Below are positions 54,640-64,000 of a stretch of DNA of 64,000 nt, in pieces (position 1 is the stretch's first letter; each line of letters starts with the position of its first letter). Source of the stretch: Eledone cirrhosa (taxonomy: Eukaryota); the NCBI GenBank assembly GCA_964016885.1, contig OZ024744.1, forward strand, positions 77,190,001-77,254,000, given 5' to 3'. A model generated the notes under the pieces. The model had not been told where the DNA came from. It saw only the letters and a program-made list of their open reading frames with translations, and did no database searches. The position numbers were made by a program, and so were the translations under genes.

Positions 54640-55860
54640 AAAAATAACACCCAGCATTGGAGTCTGAGGAAACTACTGCGGTGGATTTCATGTTCCCTGG
54701 TAAACAGAACTCGGCGTGTTGAGGTCATTAGTCATTAGTGGTGTCCCACAAACCATTATGTTGGGCCAACTTCTCTTCAAGGATGAGAGGTTAACTTTGC
54801 CTTTCATCCTTACGGGGTCGATAAAATAAAGTACCAGTCATACACTGGGGTGATTGCTGGCCTTGTGCCAAATGTAGAAACAATTATTTACATTAGTGAT
54901 ACCACAGGGGAAAACAATAGACTGCTAAACGATGTTAAATTTCAGAGATCAACGCTGAAAATGATGTTGCACTTAGACGACTATGTGGGTCGGCTGGAAA
55001 GTTCATAGGCTGACAAAGATACTCTTATGGAATGACCAAATGGACTTTATTTTTCAACGTAGTCCCTAGAAAGAAGCAATGCAGTTATTAATAAGAGTTG
55101 AAATTAATGCAATGCATGCAAGATTTCACAGCTCTAGCATCACTCTTCCATAGTCAGCATGTGAAATTTTCAGCTGACCCTCATATATTCTTCTCCCGCG
55201 GCAGAATACCTCATGGAATCAAACAACACCAGGGACCTCGGTTTAACTTTAACGAGAGTGTCCACGTAAACAATAAAATTAACATAACCTGCGTGATGTG
55301 TTCTTGGATCTTTGAAACTTTTCAGTCCAGAGATCTTGAAACGGTTATCTTTCTTTTATCTGCCGTTACCAGTTTTACTTTAAATAATTGTTTCTACTTT
55401 AAGCACAAGGCCAGCAATTACCCAGTGCATTACTGGTACTTTATTTTATCGACCCCGTAAGGATGAAAGGCTAAGTCAACCTCGGCGGGATTTGAACTCA
55501 GATCGTAAAGGGACGTAACTATGCTGCAAAGCATGGCGTCCGACCCTCTACCGATACTGCCAATCCACCGCCCTTACTTTTTACTAAAGTTTTACTTTAA
55601 ATAATGATTTCTATTGTAGGTACAAGGCCAGTAATTTGGGAGGAGGGGAAAGTCGATTAAATCAACTCCAGTACATTACTGGTACTTTATTTTATCGCCC
55701 CTGTAAGGATGAAAGGCAAAGCTAACCTCGGCGGGATTTGAACTCAGAAGGTAAAGGGCGGTGTCTGATGCTCTACCGTTACTACCAATGTTTAAATGTC
55801 TCCTGCCATGGCCTCCCAACATCAAATATAGTATTATGAGAATTGAAGTACTCAGAGGTT
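54640..55860 (+). mobile_element. Highly decayed CR1/L2-like RT fragments broken by SINEs
   Basis: VISGVPQTIMLGQLLF (the SGVPQGSVLGPLLF motif) and SWIFETFQSRD. Confidence 0.55.
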
Positions 55861-57294
55861 AATTACAAAAAAAAAAAAAATAATAATAAATAAATAATTA
55901 AATAAAGAAATAAAGAAAGAAAATAAATTAGATAAATAAATTGTGGAGACGCGTGGCCTGGTGGTAAGGATGTCGAACTTACGATCATAATGTCACGGGT
56001 TCGAGACTTGGACTTCATTTCACGTTACCCCAGTTTATTCAACTGAAAATGAGTACCAGCAATAGCTGGGGTTTAAATCTGCAATGGACTGGCGTCCTTT
56101 CCAGGGTGGGGGGAGTCGTGTGTTCTCAGTCGCTTCACGCCGAGACCGGCGAGCCTTCTCGCTTGAGACTGACTTTAGATAAATATATAAATAACAAATA
56201 GTTTTATCGCTCTACATGGCTGAAATCAAGTAATGTAAATCTGAGTTTTTCGAACATTAATAATTATTTCTACTTTTGGCACAAGGCCAGCAATTACTCC
56301 AGTGCATTACCGGTACTTTATTTTATCGACTCTGTAAGGATGAAAGGCAAAGTTAACCTCGGCGGGATTTGAACTCAGACCATAAAGGGCCGTAACTCTT
56401 TGCCGCAAAGCATGGCGTCCGACCCTCTACCGATACTGCCAATCCACCGATTTGTTTGCAATTATGCAAACAGCCTCTTAAGCCATGTCAGTAGAATGAC
56501 TCCGAAATTCTTGCTCTTGTGTTGACATATAAACAGAACGGCAAACACTAATGTTTCTGGGTGATTACCCTTCATCGGTACCGTATACTGTTTACCTGTC
56601 AACTGTCAGAGCTAGTGAACAACTGTCAGAGCTAGTGAAAATATATATTTTCTGGAATGTTCAGTGACTAATCGGCCTGATTTGCATATTAGCGGATTAC
56701 CTGGTCAGTCAGATCTGCATATTAGCAGACCCTCTGATCAGTCAGATTTGCATTTCAGCAGATAGGCCAGTCAGTTTTCTGTATATGAGCGATTAATTAA
56801 TTTAAAAAATAATTAATAAATGACAGGCCTTGATTACTGGGACCGGTTCGAAAAGCTCAAATTCTATTTTTTCTAACGCCACTGTGAGCGATACATCTTT
56901 TGTACGCTGCGGAAATTATACAAACCTGTACTATGGTGGCGGTAGTCTCTACAAACCTATAGAATGGAGCACTTATAAAATCCTACAATTTCGAACCTAA
57001 ACAAATGTCCTAATCTTTAGGGTTGTTTTCTTCTCCCTTTCTTGCGGAATAGCATTAATTCAACCTAAAGGGCGGTGGATTGGCAGTATCGGTAGAGGGT
57101 CAGACGCCATGCTTTGACGCATAGAGTTGCGGCCCTTTATGGTCTGAGTTCAAATCCCGCCGAGGTTAACTTTGCCTTTCATCCTTAAGGGGTCAATAAA
57201 ATTAAAGCACCAGTAATACACTGAGGTAATTGCTGGCCTTGTGCCAAAGTAGAAACATTTAATACAACCTAAATTTGAGAATGTTTATGCCTGT

Positions 57295-57529
57295 ATCCAT
57301 ATCGTCATCGCTGTTGACGCCGTTGTGATTGTTGTTGTTGTTTTTGTTGTGATCGTTGTGATTGTTGTTATTGTTGTCGTTGTCGTCGTCGTCGTTGTTG
57401 TTGTGGTCGTTGTTTTCGTAGTTGTTGTGATCGTTATCGACGTCACCGTTGTCGTTGTCGTTCTCGTTGTTGTCGTTGTTGTCGTAGTAGTAGCAGCAGA
57501 AGTGGTTGTTGTTGTTGCTGTTGCTGTGG

Positions 57530-57560
<31 letters not shown>

Positions 57561-57770
57561 CGTTACTGCTGTTGCGGTTGTCGTCGTCGTCTTCGTTGTT
57601 GTTGTTGTTGTTGTTGTCGTTGTTGTCATTGTTGTGTTTGTTGTTGTGGTGGTTGCGGTTGTTGTTGTTCTTGTGGTTGTAGTTATTGTTGTTCTTGTTG
57701 TTGCTGATACAATTGTCGTTGTTTTTGTGTTTGTTGTCGCCGTCATTGCAGTAGTTTTTTGTTGTTGTTT
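57295..57770. repeat. Degenerate (GTT/GTC)n triplet tract
   Basis: Direct reading. Confidence 0.95.
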
Positions 57771-57830
57771 AGTCCAACGTAAGATCTATGATTAAAGACT
57801 ATCCATCCATGACCATTTAATACTCCAACA

Positions 57831-58323
57831 CAGAGGTTCTCGAAGTGGGCTCTACTCCTCCCCCCCCCCTCCCCTGGGAGCGTTGAGAAGGTCCAGGGGG
57901 CGCTGGGGCATTAGGGGTTGCGGAGGCAGGGACGGTAGCGATGATATAATAATATATTAAATATCAAATAATACATATTATATATAAATATAGTAAAATA
58001 AAAATATATAATATTTATTTATACATAGTATATATTATATTATTTATTATAAAGGGTGGTTGATTGGCAGTATCGGTAGAGGGTCGGACGCCATGTTTTG
58101 CAGCACAGTTACGTCCTTTTACGGACTGAGTTCAAATACTCGCCGATGGGTCGATAAAATAAAGTACCAGTAATGTACTGGGTAATTGCTGGTCTTGTAC
58201 CAAAAGTAGAAACAATTATTTATTACATATTTTTAACAATTTGTGTGTAGGCAGGTCTCTCTGGAAATAGGGGTGGCGGTGGGCTGAGGGTATTACCTGG
58301 TTTGAGAACATTGAGAACATCTG
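57831..58323. mobile_element. hAT-type MITE containing a SINE
   Basis: CAGAGGTTCTC..GAGAACATCTG termini; 8-bp TSD not clean. Confidence 0.5.
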
Positions 58324-58516
58324 GTTTGACATAACCATTTCTTGATCTCGTTATCATTCCAAAGCATAATAAATACATCCATGCTCCATTGGGGCCACTT
58401 TGCTATTGATGGAGTCGTAGGGACGCCGTAGTGATTGATATACGGAATGACTTGGGCATTTAAACCATGCGGATTCCATCATCTCTCCAGGTCTAAACAC
58501 AACCGATTTCATCCAG

Positions 58517-58547
<31 letters not shown>

Positions 58548-59467
58548 AGGAGGGTGAGCCTGGGAGAGGGAGTGAGAAGAAGAAGGAAGAATGAGATATG
58601 AAAGAAGAATTAACTCCAGTACTGGATTGGTATTGGTATTATATTTATCGGTGGATTGGCAGAATCGGTAGAGGGTCGGACGCCATGCTGTGCAGCAAAG
58701 GGTTACAGCCCTTTTATGGTCTGAGTTCAAATCCCCGGTGGATTGGCAGAATCGGTAGAGGGTCGGACGCCATGCTGTGCAGCAAAGGGTTACGGCCCTT
58801 TTATGGTCTGAGTTCAAATCCCGCCGAGGTTAACTTTGCCTTTCATCCTCACGGGGGGGGGGGGGGTCGATAAAATAAAGTACCAGTAATACACTGGAAT
58901 AATTGCTGGCCTTGTGCCAAAAGTAGAAACAATAATATTTATCAACATTTTGAAAGAATAAAAGGTAAAGTTGAAATCGTCAGGATTCAACTCAGAACTT
59001 CAACAAATACCGTACTACGGTGCATTCTATCCGACGTTCTAATTCCCCTCCTTTTCGTATTGATATATCATGGGGAGAGGGGGAGGAATGCATACGGTAT
59101 GTTTGGACGCGCGCATATATATATGGAGGGTAATAGGGTAAAGACCCTCTTCGGTCACGAATGACCACGGTATTTGCACCTAGAAAGTTCCCCCACGAGG
59201 CACAAGTATGGGCAAGGTTGTTTGTGGAAGACCAGGAGTCACCCATACATGCCAGTCTCTCCTCTCGTCACACCACTGATGTTGTCCAAGGGAAAGAAGG
59301 CAAAGGCTGATACATCTTGGCACCAGTGACGTCGCAATTCGTTTCTGGAGCAACGTGAAATAAAGTGTCTTGCTGAAGGACATAACGCAAAGCCCGGTCT
59401 GAGAATCGAACTCATAACCTCGCTATATATATATAAATAATTATTATATAAAAATATATATACAAAC

Positions 59468-59517
<50 letters not shown>

Positions 59518-59551
59518 GTGTGTATTGGTGTGTGGGTGGGGGGGGGAGTAC

Positions 59552-59717
59552 CTGTGCGTATATATTCCTGTGCTATGTATTGGTTTATTGACAACCCAAC
59601 ATATAAAAATATATATACAAACGTATATATATATATATATATATACGTTTGTATATATATTTTTATGTGTTGGGTTGTCAATAAACCAATACATAGCACA
59701 GGAATATATACGCACAG
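59552..59717. repeat. Long palindrome (~83-bp arms) centred on a (TA)n
   Basis: Reverse-complement arms with about one mismatch; loose extension on both sides. Confidence 0.92.
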
Positions 59718-60597
59718 ATACATACATACACCTCCCCCACACACACACACGCACACACGCACACGAATACACATACGCACCAGTAGAAAGTCGTTGATAT
59801 ACTACACACACCGATCGATATAAACTCACGGTTGACGAACTATGTTTCTAATTATTCTATAGAAAATAACAGTTAAATTTGTATTAATATGCATAATGTA
59901 ATGAATCTAAAAAAGGTTAATTACTGTATTTGACACCTTATAAATAAAAAAAGGTCGATCAACTTTCGTCAAATTGGACCGAGGAAACAATGTTTCCATT
60001 GGTCTTTCCAATTGCTAATACTATCTATCGGTCGCAACTTCAGGCAGAAAGAGCAACATGAAATAAATTGTCTTGCTTAAGGACATCGCCCGGTTTAGGA
60101 ATCGAACTCACAACCTCACGATCGCGAATCCAATTCTTTAACCACTCAACTTCGCAAGACACACCTTAATTCGAGTAGACATTGAAAATAATTGTTTCTA
60201 CTTTTTGGCACAAGGCCAGCAATTATTCCAGTGTATTACTGGTACTTTATTTTATCAACCCCCATAAGGATGAAAGGCAAAGTTAACCTCGGCGGGATTT
60301 GAACTCAGTCCGTAAAGGGACGTAACTGTGCTACAAAGCATGGCGTCCGACATTGAAAATAATGATTTCTAATTTAGGCACGAGGCCAACAATTTTGGGA
60401 GAAGGGAAAGTCAATTATATCAACCTCAGTGCGTTACTGGTACTTTATTTTATCGACTCCGTATGGATGAAAGGCAAAGTTAACCCCGGCGTGATTTGAA
60501 CTCAGAACGTAAAGGACCGTAACTCTATGCCACCAAGCATAGTGTCCGATGCTTTACCGATACGGTCAATCCGCTGTCCTGCAGATATTGAAAATAA

Positions 60598-60628
<31 letters not shown>

Positions 60629-61517
60629 ATGGGTTTAAACTACGAATGTCAGGGTATAAAGTTTGTAATTGTTGGTTGTTTTGGTGGATAAACTTAATGA
60701 TACTTCGTAGTCTATATATATATATTTCTGTGATTCAAACGTAGTGAGAGAAGAGTTGTTTGACTACCTCATACTACTCCTCTCCCGTTACGTCTGCTAT
60801 ATATGTGAATGTATGTTTGTGTAAAAGGATGGAAGTGGGTGGTGAAAAAACTATAGCAAAACAGCGGCTGGCGTTACATTTGTTATGCTGTATTTCTGTG
60901 AATGTATGTGTGTGTGTGTGTGTATGTGTGTGTGTGTGTATTTGTGTGAATGTATGTCCCTGCATGTGTATTTTTGTAAGTGTGTCTGTGTTTGCTCGTT
61001 TATATTTATACACTCATACATATAAATGTATGCATATGCACATACACACATATACACAGTATTAAAAGTTATATGAAGTTAAAGACTCAGATAAATAACT
61101 ACACTGCCTCCGTGTGAGTGTGTGTCTGCGAAACATATATACATATTTACATATACACCAGGTCCGAACACAAAGGAACCAAACTCCAGCAGTCACTGCC
61201 TCCGTCTCTTTCGCTCTCACGATCTCTCACTATTATGAGCAAATGGAAGCCCACGTGCAAGCCGCTCCGTGGCCCCGGTGGACAAAATAGAGAAAGGTGT
61301 TTCTCCGGAGGACTGTGATGGAGACGCGCTGGAAGAGCCATTCCAGCTTGTGAGGATCACACCTGCGAGTAGCCAACTCTGTATCGATGGTGGTGAGCAG
61401 GGAGGTGGCTCTAGGACCAAGGACACCAGAAGTCTCCGTACATTGTATTTTGTATTATCATTCTACATCGTAATTCTAGTTGTAATACTTTAGTACATTT
61501 TTAAAACATAAGGAATT

Positions 61518-61770
61518 GTGAAAATAAATTTATTTTATTCTCTACATTGTATTTTGTTGTTGAAATATTTAATACAGTGTTCAAACAAAAGAAAGTGAAA
61601 ATAAATATATTTTATTCTCTACATTGTATTTTGTTGTTGAAATATTTAATACAGTGTTCAAACAAAAGAAAGTGAAAATAAATATATTTTATTCTCTACA
61701 TTGTATTTTGTTGTTGAAATATTTAATACAGTGTTCAAACAAAAGAAAGTGAAAATAAATTTATTTTATT
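61518..61770. repeat. Minisatellite 3.3 x 77 bp
   Basis: Units start at 61518, 61595, 61672 and 61749. Confidence 0.95.
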
Positions 61771-63791
61771 CATCATAGAATTTATTAGCTAATGTTGATG
61801 AAGAAGCAATCGCCATCTTGTTTACATCTGTGGAGATGTTTACGGTTTAATTAAGGGTCACTGCAGCCCTAATACTCCACTAGCCAATAATCTAAACTGA
61901 CCCTTGACTTTATAAGACTCAGAATGATTTTCTGGGACATTTTTAGAAAAGAAAGTGTGTTTTATAAGCCGTCAAATATGGTACTTCGGGATGAAAGGAA
62001 GAAAAAAAAAATTCACTTAATAGTTCTGCTCAAAAAAGTCAAGGGTAACAACTCAGGAATTTTATATTTATTAAAAGTGAACAAGACTGATATTTGGCAA
62101 TTATGGGAGAGAACTCTGAATGAGTTTAAACTAATGTGACTGAGAAATAAACAATTTTAGTTATATATACATGGTGTCCCCAAAAAATGTTTACACACTT
62201 CAACAGCATTCTAATAAATATTGCCTGTAGAGGTAATTAAAGTGTGTATACATTTTTTGGTGGGGGAGGGGGACATCGTGTATATAGAATGATTAAAGGT
62301 TGCAAATCAAATATAGCGATCGGCAGTCCAACTGCATTGCCATAGCAACGAAAAAGACTGGACTCAGGAAAATATTTTTTGACTGACCTGGACCATCACG
62401 CGGAGATCGAATGCAATACATAATGGCATACGATATACATCACATACAACATACAACATCCACGCTAGGTTTCTGTAAATCCGAGATCGACTAAATCCGC
62501 TTGCAGGGGTCTGCATAACCCAGAATCCGAGTTAAAATTTCATTACGCGAGCTTTCAGGTGATTATTTCGCTGAATGAAAACATTAGTAAGTAAAAACCG
62601 ATGAAAACATTAGTAAGTAAAAACTGTATTTATTTAAAATATATATATACTATACTTTAACTTTGCCTTACAGTGTGGCATTTATAATTAATCACAAGAT
62701 GCTTTTAAAAAATTTACACTTTATTTTGCAAAAGGTTTATCCTAAATGGTCTACGAATCAACACCAACTTGCTCCAGTACTCAGAGGCAGATCTTAAATC
62801 TCCAAACACCTCAGCTCAGTCGTGAGTTCAATTTCCAGCGGCGCGTTGTGTCCTTGAGCAAGACTCATTATTTTATATTGCTCCAGTTCACTCAGCTGCC
62901 AAAAATGAGTTGTACTTGTAGTTCAGAGGGCGAGGCTTGTCACATTGTATGAATCCAAGTCTCCTCGAGAATTATGTTAAGTCGGTATGCGTCTATAAAT
63001 CCTTTACCACTTGCACATCAATTTTACGTGCAGACTGTTCTTTTGTAGAACAGCAGGAGTACTCATCAGTAAACATTGGATCTTTGTAGGTAGAAGATAG
63101 AACTTCAAATATCAAATAATCAATATGAATTTACATCCCAGAAATCTCAATTAATTATATTCGAAATTACGTATGCGGCGACGGAAAATACTTTAACACG
63201 GTCCCAGTACTTACTGGTACTTTATTTTATCAACGCCATAAGAATGAAAGGCAAAGCTAACCTCAGTGGAATTAAAAATCGGGTGCTAAAGGGCTGTAGC
63301 TCTATGCCACAAAGCATGTTGTCCGATACTGCCAATAATAATAATTGTTTTTACTTTTGGCACAAGTCCTGCAATAACCCAGTACATTACTGGTACTTCA
63401 TTTTATCGACCCCGTAAGGATGAAAGGCAAAGTTAACCTCGACGGGATTTGAACTCAGACCGTAAAGAGACGTAACTATGCTAGAAAACATGGAGTCCAA
63501 CCCTCTACCGATTCTGCCAATCCACCTCCCTCACTGCCAATAATAATAATTGTTTCTACTTTTTGCACAAGGCCAGCAATTATCCCAGTGTATTACTGGT
63601 ACTTTATTTTATCGACCCCGTAAGGATGTAAGGCAAAGTCAACCTCGACGGGATTTGAACTCAGACCGTAAAGGGACGTAACTATGCTGGAAAGCATGGC
63701 GTCCGACTCTCTACCGATACTGACAATTCACCGCCCTTAATATAATAATAAACTGTAGTTATATCTATATTAAATTTATCTTAAATCATAA

Positions 63792-63824
<33 letters not shown>

Positions 63825-63831
<7 letters not shown>

Positions 63832-64000
63832 GTGAGGTTTTTTTTACAAAATGAAAAATAACCGAGGTGTCCTACACGAGTGGAAGTATAAAGAAAAAGA
63901 GATGAAATCGAAAATGCAACTGAAGTCTTATTTTTTTTTAAAATATATATATTTATTTGGTTCCTTTACCGGTTTCGCAGTTCTTCTGCTTTTCAAAAGG
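63825..64000 (-). mobile_element. Pseudo-LTR-like element with degenerate hammerhead (63963-64000); runs off the window
   Basis: CCTT-TTGAAAA-GCAG AAGAA CTGC-GAAA-CCGGTA-AAGG; homologous to 28180-28365. Confidence 0.65.

Larger units (their letters stand above)
53537..63737. mobile_element. Dense cluster of ~16 SINE family A copies in both orientations
   Basis: Copies start near 53537, 53832, 54225, 54453, 54789, 55385, 55603, 56263, 57071, 58054, 58650, 60189, 60360, 63200, 63343 and 63548. Confidence 0.9.

Noticed and set aside
54983-55070. Mariner left-end fragment
   Set aside because: Only a short degenerate resemblance with no partner TIR; too weak to call.
50485-57795. Poly-Thr/Val/Pro/Gly 'mucin-like' ORFs, and the many YI/CV/HT ORFs across the window
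   Set aside because: These are translations of di- and trinucleotide microsatellites with no splice or domain support.

Overview
This is repeat-saturated, AT-rich eukaryotic DNA with no recognisable host protein-coding gene. The SINE families and (TA)n/(CA)n density suggest an octopus or other coleoid cephalopod (inference). The window holds: three co-oriented decayed Penelope-like elements (PLEs; RT with YRDD motif plus C-terminal GIY-YIG) in the first 12.7 kb, a fourth related fragment and a second-clade PLE; a decayed hAT transposon; an RTE LINE with three C2H2 fingers; one near-full-length and four partial Tx1/L1-clade LINEs; three R4/Dong-like fragments; several MITEs; more than 30 copies of two tRNA-derived SINE families; and two minisatellites. 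The most interesting signal is a recurring architecture at (TA)n tracts. Short asymmetric fold-back insertions from several unrelated families occur there, several carry minimal hammerhead ribozyme motifs, and some inversion points fall inside the ribozyme. Separately, Tx1 and R4/Dong LINEs converge tail-to-tail on shared (ATT/TAA)n tracts, and two divergent Tx1 copies keep a perfect 5' splice-site motif on the ORF1 stop codon. All coordinates and pairings were read by eye and no searches were run.
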